NCBI GenBank assembly: GCA_016195685.1
Contig: JACPZE010000003.1
Span: forward strand, 899-64,898
DNA length: 64,000 nucleotides
Source: Candidatus Gottesmanbacteria bacterium
GTDB lineage: Bacteria; Patescibacteriota; Microgenomatia; 2-02-FULL-39-11
Direction: 5' to 3'
How positions within the stretch are numbered: the stretch's first letter is position 1; every line of letters begins with the position of its first letter. Below are positions 9,700 to 20,215 of the stretch, one piece after another. A program made the translations under genes and the position numbers. Under the pieces are notes generated by a model, which was given only the letters and a program-made list of their open reading frames with translations, was not told where the DNA came from and did no database searches.

Positions 9700-10617
9700 T
9701 TATCTTATTCGCACTGGAGGTGTTCGTGTAGGAACAATATAAATTGGGGTAGGAAATTCTTGTCGCATTCTTTCATCACCAACAAATTTTGCATATTGCA
9801 TTAAATCGTAATAAGCGTCTTTCGTCAGATGTGATAGATCAAATTTATCTCTATATCTTAATAAAATTTTTGTTGGGTCAACAAACACAACAAACTTGTT
9901 ACGTGCATAATGATCTTGTAACACTTTTACTAAGCGGCGTTGCCGATCTTCCATCAATTTTCTAAACCCAACGTCCTCAGAATTTGAAGGGTATGGCAAT
10001 ATATATTCTATTAATACCCCTTTATAGTACAGATCATTCAGCAAAAAATCTATCAATTTAAAGTAATCCGCTGCAATACTGGTTTTATTTTCATCGCCTG
10101 GATTGGGTATCACTTCAATCCTTTCTTTAGCTGGATTCATGTTGGCCAATTTTTTATCTACTCCAAATATTAATCTTAATCTTTGGGGTTTTTCAGGATA
10201 AAATGACGGTACCAAACCATTTTCAAATTCTTCTCTTGCAAAATCAACATCCATATCAGGGAATCCTATTTCAAAGCATATTCCATCAGGAGAATAAATT
10301 AGCTTACAACCGTTCTCAGTCAGAACTTCAGAAGAAATAAATTCCTCAGAAGAAGTACCTACGCCCATTTGCAAATTTTTGAGGTTTGGTCTTAATATTT
10401 CGGTCGGGGTTGGCAACACTGTTGCAGTAGGATAAATTAATGTCCTTGTTGGTAATGGTGGAGGGATCAGATTTTTATTTACCGGAGTTATAGTGGGCGT
10501 TCTATCTTGAGAAGCAATCGTTTGTGTAGGAAATATGTTTGCACTTCTTGCACATCCCATTAAGGCGAAGGCTATGCCAATTTCGCTCCCAATCTCCAAC
10601 CCCCTACGCCATGACAT
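9700..10617 (-). CDS. Hypothetical protein, possible lipoprotein
   Basis: 305-aa ORF; hydrophobic stretch ending LMGC followed by a Pro/Thr linker. Confidence 0.65.
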   Translation of the reverse strand: MSWRRGLEIGSEIGIAFALMGCARSANIFPTQTIASQDRTPTITPVNKNLIPPPLPTRTLIYPTATVLPTPTEILRPNLKNLQMGVGTSSEEFISSEVLTENGCKLIYSPDGICFEIGFPDMDVDFAREEFENGLVPSFYPEKPQRLRLIFGVDKKLANMNPAKERIEVIPNPGDENKTSIAADYFKLIDFLLNDLYYKGVLIEYILPYPSNSEDVGFRKLMEDRQRRLVKVLQDHYARNKFVVFVDPTKILLRYRDKFDLSHLTKDAYYDLMQYAKFVGDERMRQEFPTPIYIVPTRTPPVRIR

Positions 10618-10622
10618 AAACT

Positions 10623-11951
10623 TTACCCTTCTTTTTTCTCTACCCCGTAGAATTTTATTCTGTCACCCTTAAAGACTAAGTCCACTTCTCCAGTAGGACC
10701 ATTTCTGTGTTTTGCTATAAGAAATTTCACTATCTGATGCTCCCATTTTTCAGTCGTATCCTGGTCTTCCCGGTATAAAAACACCACTACATCGGCGTCC
10801 TGTTCTATAGAGCCTGATTCTCGAAGATCGGCAAGCTGAGGTATTTTGGTACCCCTAGACTCAACGGCCCTGGATAATTGGGATACACAAAGGACCGGAA
10901 TTTTTAGTTCACGGGCGAGATTTTTCAATGATTGGGAAATTATAGACACTTCTTGTACACGATTATCATATCGCCTACCCGGATCAATCAATTGCAGATA
11001 ATCAACAATCAATAATTTCATCTGTTGATTCACCATAAGTCTTCTTGCTTTGGTACGCATCTCAAAAAGATTAATGCCAGGTGTATCATCTATAAAAAGT
11101 GGCGCATCTGCCAACTCTCCCATTGCTTCCGAAAGCCTCGTAAAATCATCATCTGAAAGTCTACCGGTCTTTAACCTCCAAGCATCCACATCTGCTTGTG
11201 AAACTAATAGCCTGTCAACCAATTCCTCTTTGCTCATCTCAAGAGAAAAAATTCCTACTGTCTGTTTTTGCGATACTGCTACATATTGGGCAATATTTAA
11301 TACTAAAGCTGTTTTGCCTTGTCCGGGTCTTGCGGCAAGAATTAAAAGATTAGAATCCTGCATTCCGGATAACCTGCGATCTACATCTGCAAATCCTGTA
11401 GATACTCCCCGAAGGCCTGATCCTTTCTTGTGAAGTTCATCAAGCCTGTCAAAACTTTCAGCAAGCGCATCTTTTATGGGTATAAAATCCTTGTGACTTC
11501 GAAGCTGGGAAATAGCTAAAATTTCACTTTCTGCCTTATCCAATATATCCTTAACGTCTTTTTTCTCAGAAAAAGCTTCCTGACTGACAGTAGCTGAAAC
11601 ATCTATAAGTCTTCTTTTTGTAAAATGGTCTGCTACAATTTTTCCATAAGTTTCTATGTTGGCTGATGTAGGAACCATGTTAGTTAAGTCACTTAGATAT
11701 GTTGATCCCCCCACATCCTTGTATTTCCCCATTTTTTTAAGTTCCGCAGTTACTGTAACTATGTCTACCGGTTCGTGTTTTTCAAAAAGAGCCATCATGG
11801 CAGAGAAAATATGGCTATGGGCTTCTTTGTAAAAATATTCCGGACGAAGAAAATCTATAACATCAGACAATGCATCCTTGTCTATAAGGATCGCACCTAG
11901 GACAGAAGATTCTGCTTGTTCATCATGGGGAGAGATACGGGCTTCGGACAT
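10623..11951 (-). CDS. dnaB: Replicative DNA helicase
   Basis: AARPGQGKT Walker A, FSLEMS, IVDYLQL, SQLSR, DLRESGSIEQDAD, KHRNGPTG. Confidence 0.98.
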   Translation of the reverse strand: MSEARISPHDEQAESSVLGAILIDKDALSDVIDFLRPEYFYKEAHSHIFSAMMALFEKHEPVDIVTVTAELKKMGKYKDVGGSTYLSDLTNMVPTSANIETYGKIVADHFTKRRLIDVSATVSQEAFSEKKDVKDILDKAESEILAISQLRSHKDFIPIKDALAESFDRLDELHKKGSGLRGVSTGFADVDRRLSGMQDSNLLILAARPGQGKTALVLNIAQYVAVSQKQTVGIFSLEMSKEELVDRLLVSQADVDAWRLKTGRLSDDDFTRLSEAMGELADAPLFIDDTPGINLFEMRTKARRLMVNQQMKLLIVDYLQLIDPGRRYDNRVQEVSIISQSLKNLARELKIPVLCVSQLSRAVESRGTKIPQLADLRESGSIEQDADVVVFLYREDQDTTEKWEHQIVKFLIAKHRNGPTGEVDLVFKGDRIKFYGVEKKEG

Positions 11952-11968
11952 AATTGCACCTTGAACTT

Positions 11969-12613
11969 TTATTCTAATACTACTACCATCGGTTCCACCG
12001 GCAGTTTATCCTTTGTGATAACCAATTTCTGTTGAGGAAAAATACCCTCCTTACCCATTTGTTTTAAGAAAACTTCAACACCTGCCAATTTGGAAAATAC
12101 TTTTTGGTCCAGGCTTGGAGTATTATAGTGCATCGGAATAATAATACTCGGATTCACCTGAGAAACAACTTCGGATGCGGTTGCCGCATCTATAGTATAA
12201 AATCCCCCTACAGGAAGCATCAATATATTTGCTCCTTCTAGTGTTTCCAACTGAATGTCATCAAATTTATGACCCAAATCACCGCAATGCACTATCGTTA
12301 CTCCATCAACAGTCATTCTATAAACTGTATTTTTGCCACGTTCGGTACCCTTAGAGTTATCGTGAAATGTTGGAATACCGATTATCTTTGCTCCTTTTAC
12401 TTCATATTCTCCGGGAGCTGAAAAAATTATCGGTTCTCCCTCAAGTTGTCCTTTGAAATTATGATCCTCATGATCATGTGAAATCGTCACTACGTCAGCG
12501 GTAACGCTTGGGAATTTTATCCCCAACATTTGCGGATTGAATGGGTCTGTTACCAGCGTGACGTTTTTACCGCGTATTTTAAAAGATGCATGACCCAAGT
12601 GAGTAATTTCCAT
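11969..12613 (-). CDS. MBL-fold metallo-hydrolase
   Basis: Likely start MEITHLGHASF; SHDHEDH, HCGDLG and IPMHY motifs. Confidence 0.9.
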   Translation of the reverse strand: MEITHLGHASFKIRGKNVTLVTDPFNPQMLGIKFPSVTADVVTISHDHEDHNFKGQLEGEPIIFSAPGEYEVKGAKIIGIPTFHDNSKGTERGKNTVYRMTVDGVTIVHCGDLGHKFDDIQLETLEGANILMLPVGGFYTIDAATASEVVSQVNPSIIIPMHYNTPSLDQKVFSKLAGVEVFLKQMGKEGIFPQQKLVITKDKLPVEPMVVVLE

Positions 12614-12689
12614 AATGTCATTAATTTTTACCACTTTTGCCAAGTATTGACAAGAGGCAGCAATCGGATTTAACATTGAATTGAATTTA

Positions 12690-13124
12690 ATGAAAAAAGA
12701 TATCGCTGTAGCTATTTTTGTAGGCTTTATCATAGGAATTGTAGTTGCTCTTACGGCTGTCAATTTGCCGGTAATTTTAAAAGAAGGAATAAAAATTTCA
12801 AAAGGTTTACCCGCACCTACAGTAACCCCCATACCAGTGAATGCAACCACTCAAAACTTGGATTTCACGCTTGATTCACCCAAAGATGAAAGTATTGCGG
12901 AATCCAAAACTGTAGAATTTTCTGGACATGCAAAGGCGGGACAAAGTGTTTTTATAGAAAGTTTCTACGACCATAATGCAACTATCGTTCATGACTCTGG
13001 ACAATTTAGTACTAAATTAAATTTAGCCGAGGGAGTAAATAATATTTTTGTGTCTATCTTTGATGATACGGGAAACTCAAGTTCAAAGACGATAAACGTT
13101 TATTTCACATCTGAAAAGTTATGA
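12690..13124 (+). CDS. Membrane-anchored protein with Ig-like domain
   Basis: TM helix, then SPKDE...LAEGVNNI pattern of bacterial Ig-like domains. Confidence 0.65.
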   Translation: MKKDIAVAIFVGFIIGIVVALTAVNLPVILKEGIKISKGLPAPTVTPIPVNATTQNLDFTLDSPKDESIAESKTVEFSGHAKAGQSVFIESFYDHNATIVHDSGQFSTKLNLAEGVNNIFVSIFDDTGNSSSKTINVYFTSEKL

Positions 13125-13906
13125 AAAAAATAATATTTATAGTAATCATTTTTGCTGTTTTGATTTTAAATTCTTCAATTGTCCAAGCCATTACTTCTAC
13201 CCCCACACCATCTGATTCCCCAACACCTACTATCACAACATTTATCGATAAATTAAAACAGATAGAAATATTAAAAGAAAAAATAGCGACCAAAGTTGCA
13301 GAGATAAGACAAACTGAAAAGTCCGGACTAAACGGTACGATTAAATCTGTCGCTGATACATCTATCACACTTACCACCAAATCCACTGATCAGGTAATTT
13401 CTTATTCCGAGGATACAATATTTTTCAAGATGACAGATGGGGTTAAAAGCGAACCTTTAGATTATAAACAGGCAAAAAAACTTAAAAGCGGCGATCAATT
13501 AGCAATTTTAGGCTATTTTGATTCTTCACACAGTACTTTTTCTGCCAAATATGTCTATATGACTGTCACACCGCTTCACTTGATTGGAAAAATCGCAGAC
13601 ATGGATAAAACTAACTACACTATTACCGTGAATGAACCGAAAGGAAATACTCTTGTCGATATAGAGACTTACACCAAGATTTACTCTTTTACCAAAAAGG
13701 CAGGCCTTGTGAAAAGCGGATTTTCAAAACTTAAAGAAAATGACGTCGTGCATATTTTTGCGACAACAAATCCCAAAGAAGAAACAAGGGCATCTGCTAG
13801 CAAAATCGTCAGTTTGGCTTTTGGAGAAATGGTCAGTACTCCGTCTGCTACTCCAATGGTGAAAATAAAAGATGCATCCCCATCTGCGGCTTCTAAAAAT
13901 AAATAA
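13121..13906 (+). CDS. Secreted hypothetical protein (repeated small beta-barrel, DUF5666-like)
   Basis: Signal peptide, P/T linker, two GxI..i....ITv repeats; translationally coupled. Confidence 0.6.
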   Translation: MKKIIFIVIIFAVLILNSSIVQAITSTPTPSDSPTPTITTFIDKLKQIEILKEKIATKVAEIRQTEKSGLNGTIKSVADTSITLTTKSTDQVISYSEDTIFFKMTDGVKSEPLDYKQAKKLKSGDQLAILGYFDSSHSTFSAKYVYMTVTPLHLIGKIADMDKTNYTITVNEPKGNTLVDIETYTKIYSFTKKAGLVKSGFSKLKENDVVHIFATTNPKEETRASASKIVSLAFGEMVSTPSATPMVKIKDASPSAASKNK

Positions 13907-13911
13907 TTCCA

Positions 13912-14991
13912 ATGAACAATCTCAATAAAATCAGGGAAGATATTAAAAGTTTCAACATCGATTCTATTTTTATCACGAATCAACAAAATGTCAGTTATCT
14001 TACGGGATTTGTAGGATTAGCCCCGTCCGAACGGGAAGGATTTCTTTTCATCACTCTCCAAAAAGCATATCTACTGACTTTCCCTACCTATTTTGGCCTT
14101 TATGAAAAGGGCGGGGATGGATTTATAACTGTCAATATTACCCAAACTAAAAGACTATCGGATCATTTAGCTGAAATATTAGGAATTGACGGCGTTCACT
14201 CTATCGGTGTTGAAAAGGAAAATTTAACCGTTGCCGAACTGAATTCACTTAAGGCCAAATTAAAGGCAAAATTTGTAGAAACAGAAGGTATTGTAGAAAA
14301 ACAAAGACTGATAAAGAACAAAATAGAAATCCAAAATATAAAAAAAGCAGCAGAAATCACTGATCTTGCTTTTGAATTTATTAAAACAAAAATCATAAAA
14401 GGGATCACCGAAAAAAACTTGGCTCTAGAGCTGGAATTTTTCCTCAAAAAAACAGCCGGCGATATCGCCTTCTCTCCTATCGTGGCCTTTGATGAAAACG
14501 CCGCCATCCCCCATTATCTACCGACTAACAACCACCAACTAACAACTAATAACTTAATTTTATTAGATTTTGGAGCAAGGGTAAACGGATACTGTTCCGA
14601 CATGACGCGTGTGGTATTTTTAGGGAAAGCGAATGAACATCAAGTAAAAATTTATGAAACTGTTCTTCAAGCACAAAGACTCGCTTTAGAATCTGTAAAG
14701 AATGGTATCTTAGCCAAACTACCGGATAAAATAGCAAGAGAGTATATCAAATCCCATGGGTTGCCAGACTATCCCCACGGATTAGGCCACGGGGTGGGAT
14801 TAGCCATCCATGAAAGGCCAAGACTCCGTATCGGAAGTGATGAGCAACTTTTAGAAAATATGGTTGTAACTGTTGAACCGGGCATTTATCTTCCGGGTGA
14901 CTGTGGTGTGCGGATCGAAGATTTGGTAGTATTGAGAAAGGACGGAATAGAAATATTATCAAAATCGAGTAAAGAATTGATAATTTTATGA
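13912..14991 (+). CDS. Xaa-Pro aminopeptidase (M24)
   Basis: [38 protein letters not shown] motifs. Confidence 0.95.
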   Translation: MNNLNKIREDIKSFNIDSIFITNQQNVSYLTGFVGLAPSEREGFLFITLQKAYLLTFPTYFGLYEKGGDGFITVNITQTKRLSDHLAEILGIDGVHSIGVEKENLTVAELNSLKAKLKAKFVETEGIVEKQRLIKNKIEIQNIKKAAEITDLAFEFIKTKIIKGITEKNLALELEFFLKKTAGDIAFSPIVAFDENAAIPHYLPTNNHQLTTNNLILLDFGARVNGYCSDMTRVVFLGKANEHQVKIYETVLQAQRLALESVKNGILAKLPDKIAREYIKSHGLPDYPHGLGHGVGLAIHERPRLRIGSDEQLLENMVVTVEPGIYLPGDCGVRIEDLVVLRKDGIEILSKSSKELIIL

Positions 14992-16199
14992 TTACTCCAC
15001 AAACTCTGAAAGGTTTTCGTGATTTTTTGCCCGAGGAAGCAATGAAACGTCAGTATGTAATAGATATCATTCGGAAAACTTTTGAATTGTACGGATTTGA
15101 ACCGATAGAAACTCCTGCTATCGAATATCTGGAAGTTTTTACCGGAAATATCGGGGAAGATGAAAAATTATTTTATAAATTTACAGATACGGGTGGAAGA
15201 CAAGTGGCGCTTCGTTATGATCAAACTGTCCCCACTTGTCGAGTAATTGCTCAATACCCGGAGAAAATTACTCTTCCTTTCAAACGCTACCAAATTCAGA
15301 CAGTTTGGCGAGCAGAAAAACCGCAAAAAGGAAGATATCGAGAATTTCTGCAATGCGATGCCGATATTTTTGGTGTGGATGACAGAACAGCAGATGCAGA
15401 AACAATTGCTTTGACTATCGATATTTACAAAAATCTGGGTTTTAAAAACCCTATTGCTATCATCAATGACCGTGATCTTTATGCCGGAATTCCATACAAA
15501 GCCATAGTCGCCATAGATAAACTCGGTAAGATAAAGGAAGAAGGGGTGCTTGAGGAATTGGTTTCAAAAGAGTACACAAAAGACGAAGCAGTTAAACTAT
15601 TAAATTCAGTAAAGAACAATAAGCCAAATGAGCGTTTAAAACAAATATTTACTTTTCTTGATAATTACGGAATGAGCGAAAATTATCTTTATAAACCTAC
15701 TCTAGCCCGTTCTTTTTCTTATTCAGAAGGAACAATTTGGGAAATAATAATTGAAGGATTTACTGCAGGTTCTGTATGCGGTTGTGAAAGATATGATAGT
15801 CTAGTATCTCGCTTCTCAAAAAAAAGAATTCCTGGAGTTGGATTTGCCGTCGGATTTGACAGAACTGTGTTGGCTATGGATGAATTGGGCTTATTTCCTC
15901 CCATGCAAACTAAAACTTTAGTTTTGGTCACAGTTTTTAACAAAGACATGCTACCCCACTCTCAAAAACTTACACAAGAATTAAGAAAAGAAAATATTAA
16001 TTCAGACCTTTACCCAGATCCCAATGAAAGGTTGGATAAGCAAATAAAATATGCAGACAAAAAAGGAATTCCATATGTTGCTATAATCGGTCCGCAAGAA
16101 GCAAAAAGTAAAAAAGTGACTGTGAAAAACCTCAAAGACAGATCGCAAATTACTGTATCCTACGATGAACTTTCTGCCCTACTCCAAAAACCAGCATAG
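14988..16199 (+). CDS. hisS: Histidyl-tRNA synthetase
   Basis: KGFRDFLP, LRYDQTVP, WRAEKPQKGRYREFLQCDAD motifs and C-terminal anticodon-binding domain; His-binding loops are divergent. Confidence 0.93.
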   Translation: MITPQTLKGFRDFLPEEAMKRQYVIDIIRKTFELYGFEPIETPAIEYLEVFTGNIGEDEKLFYKFTDTGGRQVALRYDQTVPTCRVIAQYPEKITLPFKRYQIQTVWRAEKPQKGRYREFLQCDADIFGVDDRTADAETIALTIDIYKNLGFKNPIAIINDRDLYAGIPYKAIVAIDKLGKIKEEGVLEELVSKEYTKDEAVKLLNSVKNNKPNERLKQIFTFLDNYGMSENYLYKPTLARSFSYSEGTIWEIIIEGFTAGSVCGCERYDSLVSRFSKKRIPGVGFAVGFDRTVLAMDELGLFPPMQTKTLVLVTVFNKDMLPHSQKLTQELRKENINSDLYPDPNERLDKQIKYADKKGIPYVAIIGPQEAKSKKVTVKNLKDRSQITVSYDELSALLQKPA

Positions 16200-17088
16200 C
16201 CAAGCCATACTTGCCTTGATACTTGCAAACATCATTTGGGGTATCGGCTCCCCAATCTTTAAACTGGCCTTGCAAAATATCCCTCCGTTTACACTGGCGT
16301 TCTTTAGATTCTTCGGCGCCATGCTTATACTTTTCCCATTTACTGTCTCCAACCTTTGGATAAAAAAAGAAGACTGGTTTAAATTAATCGTACTTTCATT
16401 TTTTGGAATTACGGTAAACATCACTTTTTTCTTTTTGGGCTTAAAATATGCTCCATCCATAAATGCACCAATCATCGCCTCTGCCGGACCTGTATTTTTA
16501 TACCTGTTTTCCATATTTTATTTGCATGAGAAGAATCATCCAAAGGTACTCATTGGAACAATCATCAGTTTGATTGGCGTATTTGTCATCATCGGCCAAC
16601 CAATACTTAAAGAAGGTTTGGATGGACAAGTTTTGGGTAATTTGTTTTTCCTACTTTCCGCACTGGGAGCGGTAATCCACGCTGTCATGATGAAGCAAAT
16701 AAATAGTAAGTATCCGGCGTCAGTTTTAACGTTTTGGTCATTTCTTATTGGTAGTCTAACCTTCTTGCCATTTTTTATCTTGGAAATGACGACTCTTCAT
16801 CCCTTTAATACAATCGACAACCGCGGATGGCTGGGATTGGTATTTGGAATACTACTATCTTCTCTAGCAGCATATTGGTTATTTGATTGGGGACTGAAAA
16901 AAATCGCCGCTCAGGAAGTGGGACTATTTTATTATATCGACCCTATAGCTGCAGCGGTAATTGCCATACCACTCCTGGGAGAAACAATCAGTCTACTTTT
17001 CGTAACAGGAAGTATACTCGTCTTTGGCGGGATTTTTATCGCCGAAGGCAGATTACATTATCATCCGTTGCATAAGTTGAGTAGGTAA
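16165..17088 (+). CDS. DMT/EamA family transporter
   Basis: About 10 TM helices in two EamA repeats (IIWG, PPFTLAFFRF). Confidence 0.9.
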   Translation: MNFLPYSKNQHSQAILALILANIIWGIGSPIFKLALQNIPPFTLAFFRFFGAMLILFPFTVSNLWIKKEDWFKLIVLSFFGITVNITFFFLGLKYAPSINAPIIASAGPVFLYLFSIFYLHEKNHPKVLIGTIISLIGVFVIIGQPILKEGLDGQVLGNLFFLLSALGAVIHAVMMKQINSKYPASVLTFWSFLIGSLTFLPFFILEMTTLHPFNTIDNRGWLGLVFGILLSSLAAYWLFDWGLKKIAAQEVGLFYYIDPIAAAVIAIPLLGETISLLFVTGSILVFGGIFIAEGRLHYHPLHKLSR

Positions 17089-17134
17089 ACGGTAAACTTG
17101 ACAACCATTATAAAACCATTATAATTATAATAAT

Positions 17135-17416
17135 ATGAATACAACAATAATTCAGGTTCCAGTAACTAAGGTATTACGAGATCAAGCCGTCAGAGTTGCT
17201 CAAGAAAGCGGCTTTTCGTCTCTCCAAGATGTAATCAGAATTTTTCTTACCAAGCTGGCAAGAAAGCAAATTGCAGTCAACTTAGAAGATACCTCAATGC
17301 CATTAAGCTGGAAGAACGAAAAAAGATATATTCGGATGGATAAGGATTTTGATAAAGGCAAAAATGTGAAATCGTTTTCTTCTGTTGAAGAGCTGATGAA
17401 AAATCTACGGGCATGA
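17135..17416 (+). CDS. Type II antitoxin, RelB/DinJ-like
   Basis: RHH-like N-terminus; C-terminal KSFSSVEELMKNL; coupled to a RelE-type toxin; direct repeat AACCATTATA x2 in the promoter. Confidence 0.75.
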   Translation: MNTTIIQVPVTKVLRDQAVRVAQESGFSSLQDVIRIFLTKLARKQIAVNLEDTSMPLSWKNEKRYIRMDKDFDKGKNVKSFSSVEELMKNLRA

Positions 17417-17676
17417 TAGTTGAAAGGCACAAACAATTCCTCAAAAATTATCACAAACGTATCATCCCTCATCCCACCATAGATCATAAATTTGAAGAAA
17501 GATTAAAATTATTCCTACTTGATCCAAAAAATCCAATTCTGAAGGATCATCAGCTAACAGCCAAAAAGAAAGCATTTAGATCTTTCTCTGTAACTGGAGA
17601 TATAAGAGTGGTTTATAAAATAGAGGGAAACTCAATACGTTTATACGACATCGGAACTCACAATCAAGTTTATTGA
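17413..17676 (+). CDS. Type II toxin, YafQ/RelE family mRNA interferase
   Basis: LKDHQL, RSFSVTGDIRVVY and DIGTHNQVY motifs. Confidence 0.88.
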   Translation: MIVERHKQFLKNYHKRIIPHPTIDHKFEERLKLFLLDPKNPILKDHQLTAKKKAFRSFSVTGDIRVVYKIEGNSIRLYDIGTHNQVY

Positions 17677-17721
17677 TTTTCCTCCACCACCATACTCTTC
17701 ATAATTTGAGATTTTCATTTA

Positions 17722-17958
17722 TTAATAGTCGAATTCCAACGGTTTCCAAGATAGAGTATTTCTCAATTGACACCCTCCGTTTCCTTTCCTACAATCTAAA
17801 CTAAGCGCTTGCGTAGTTTCACAATACACTGATCCTACTCCATCTCCTTTATCTACACATACTAAATTTGGTTCCTGGCCAGTAGCTACCCTTCCTTTAC
17901 ACCAATTAGGCACAAATCTTTGCCTTGCTTGTTGCTCGATTTGTTCAACGTTTGCCAT
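17722..17958 (-). CDS. Small Cys-containing hypothetical protein
   Basis: ORF MANVEQ... with 5 Cys; no recognisable family. Confidence 0.45.
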   Translation of the reverse strand: MANVEQIEQQARQRFVPNWCKGRVATGQEPNLVCVDKGDGVGSVYCETTQALSLDCRKGNGGCQLRNTLSWKPLEFDY

Positions 17959-18056
17959 ATTCAATTTTAACCTATAGTACACTCTCTCTGCCTAAAAGTC
18001 AAGATTTTGGAGTGCTTATTTCCTTTTTTATAAGAATTTTGTATAATAAGAGTCTT

Positions 18057-18365
18057 ATGAAAGCTGGAATACATCCAACTTGGTATCCGGACGCACAAGT
18101 AGTGTGTGCCTGTGGTAATTCTTTTACGATTGGTTCTACCAAGCAATCTATCCACATGGAAATTTGCCACAAGTGTCATCCCTTCTTTACAGGAGAGATG
18201 AAATTCGTGGATACTCTGGGTAGAGTAGAAAAATTCCAAAAAAAGCAAAAAACAGCTGCCGCCCAAGCTCAAGTCCTGGCAGACAAGAAGAAAAAGAAAT
18301 TGCAAAGACAGGAAGAAGTCAGACACCCCAAATCCCTTCGAGAGATGTTAATGGGATCCTCATGA
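18057..18365 (+). CDS. rpmE: 50S ribosomal protein L31
   Basis: MKAGIHP...CACG...[10 protein letters not shown]...GRVEKF; true start ATG at 18057. Confidence 0.96.
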   Translation: MKAGIHPTWYPDAQVVCACGNSFTIGSTKQSIHMEICHKCHPFFTGEMKFVDTLGRVEKFQKKQKTAAAQAQVLADKKKKKLQRQEEVRHPKSLREMLMGSS

Positions 18366-19060
18366 ATAATGATGTTGCCATACTAGAAATAAGAGGTGCC
18401 ACCGGTGGCGATGAGGCGAAAATCTGGGCAAATGACCTAGTGCGTATGTATAGCCGATATGCTTTATCCAAAGGATGGACCGTGCAATCACTGGATGATG
18501 CGGTAATAAGGATAAAAGGATTAAATGCTTTCTCGCAACTTCAGTATGAAGGAGGGGTACACCGCGTACAGCGGATACCTAATACTGAAAGATATGGCAG
18601 AATCCATACTTCTACAGCAACTGTCGCAGTGCTCCCTGAAATTGCCGACAATCAAATTTATATTAACCCTTCTGAACTGGAATGGGATTTCTATAGAAGC
18701 GGCGGTCATGGAGGCCAAAATGTAAATAAAGTATCAACTGCAGTACGGTTGCGACATAAACCTACCGGCATGGTAGTCACGGCCTCACAGGAAAGATTCC
18801 AGGAACAAAACCGCAGAATAGCCTTAAATTTACTCCGCTCCAAATTATGGGAAATCGAAGAGGAAAAGCGCCTTGTGGAAATCGGCGGAGCCAGAAGTGC
18901 AATTGGTAGAGGCATGAGGTCTGAAAAGATCCGCACGTATAATTTTCCGCAGAACCGCCTTACTGACCACCGCATCAATAAAAGCTGGCATAATTTGGAA
19001 GATATTATGAACGGAAAATTGGATAAAGTCCTTACTACGTTACTGAGTACCGTCGTTTGA
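18362..19060 (+). CDS. prfA: Peptide chain release factor 1, N-terminally short form
   Basis: [14 protein letters not shown] (PxT), GGQ and [18 protein letters not shown] motifs; rpmE-prfA synteny. Confidence 0.9.
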   Translation: MNNDVAILEIRGATGGDEAKIWANDLVRMYSRYALSKGWTVQSLDDAVIRIKGLNAFSQLQYEGGVHRVQRIPNTERYGRIHTSTATVAVLPEIADNQIYINPSELEWDFYRSGGHGGQNVNKVSTAVRLRHKPTGMVVTASQERFQEQNRRIALNLLRSKLWEIEEEKRLVEIGGARSAIGRGMRSEKIRTYNFPQNRLTDHRINKSWHNLEDIMNGKLDKVLTTLLSTVV

Positions 19061-20209
19061 TCCGATAGCCACCTTTAAATTCACGGTTTTGCCATCACGC
19101 CAAATTTCTATACTCAAAGTATCTCCTACTTTTTTCCCTGAAATGATAGAAGATAAGCCACCATTTGCATCCGTAATTTTTTTACCATCTATTTTGGTAA
19201 TGATATCATCGGTTTTTACGCCTGATTTATCGGCGGGTGAACCATTTACTACTTGTTGTACATATGCTCCCTCGGGCACTTCATTTAAAAGAGCCAGGTC
19301 ACGCGTAATCATCTTGTATCGGACTCCTAAAAACGGCCTCTCAAATTTGCCGCCGCTTTTATGGAACTGATCCAGTGCGTCTTTCACTACATTTATGGGA
19401 ATTGCAAAACCTATGTTTTGCCCATCGGCTGAAACAGCCGCATTTATACCAATTACTTGCCCGGAAGAATTAAGCAGTGGTCCACCTGAATTACCCGGGT
19501 TTATTGCCGCATCTGTCTGGATGACGTTATCCAATCTTTCTACAGACCCCTCGTAGGGACTGCCTGCTGTGATACCTCTTCCTAATCCAGAAATCACCCC
19601 TACAGTCACTGTATTTCGAAATTCTCCGAGTGCAGTACCTATAGCGATAGCCATCTGGCCTACTTTGAGTTTTGAGGAATCACCCAGTGTAACAGGTTTT
19701 AAGTCAGTAGAATCGATTTTGATAATGGCCAAATCGTTTGCCGGATCGCGATAAATCTTTTGGACGTCGTATGATTTATCATCTTTGGTCACAACTTTAT
19801 ATTTCGCTTGTGTATCAGAAACTACATGCTTGTTGGTCACTATCAAACCATCTGCCGAGACTACAAAACCGCTGCCGATATCCTGTTGTAATTTTTGCGG
19901 TTGATTCCCTTGGGGTTGTTGGAACATATTAAAAGGATCCATGGGGTTGATTTCAAAAATTTTTCCTATAGATTTGGATTGAACAATAGATACAGTAACC
20001 GTGGAAGGTGAAACTTTATCCACGACATCTGTAATAACAGATTCTTCTTGGACTATTTTCACCTTTTCCCCACTCGTATTAGTATCTAATGAAGATTTTG
20101 AGGGAAGATAATTTTTCAGGGAATTTAAATTCAGTTTAAAGCTCCCGGTAGATGTGCCAATCAAAAGAAATATGATAATAAGAGCCGCTAATATGAGTAC
20201 TCTTTTCAT
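19040..20209 (-). CDS. HtrA/DegP serine protease with PDZ domain
   Basis: GSGF, TNKHVV, DLAII, IQTDAAINPGNSGGPL motifs; PDZ domain. Confidence 0.95.
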   Translation of the reverse strand: MKRVLILAALIIIFLLIGTSTGSFKLNLNSLKNYLPSKSSLDTNTSGEKVKIVQEESVITDVVDKVSPSTVTVSIVQSKSIGKIFEINPMDPFNMFQQPQGNQPQKLQQDIGSGFVVSADGLIVTNKHVVSDTQAKYKVVTKDDKSYDVQKIYRDPANDLAIIKIDSTDLKPVTLGDSSKLKVGQMAIAIGTALGEFRNTVTVGVISGLGRGITAGSPYEGSVERLDNVIQTDAAINPGNSGGPLLNSSGQVIGINAAVSADGQNIGFAIPINVVKDALDQFHKSGGKFERPFLGVRYKMITRDLALLNEVPEGAYVQQVVNGSPADKSGVKTDDIITKIDGKKITDANGGLSSIISGKKVGDTLSIEIWRDGKTVNLKVAIGSNDGTQ

Positions 20210-20215
20210 AATAAA

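Noticed and set aside
11969-12850. N-terminal extensions in the ORF track (MBL hydrolase; likewise pepA, rpmE, cysS, HAD, PIG-L, PaaK-like)
   Set aside because: The extensions overlap neighbouring genes or regulatory elements; family motifs begin at downstream ATGs
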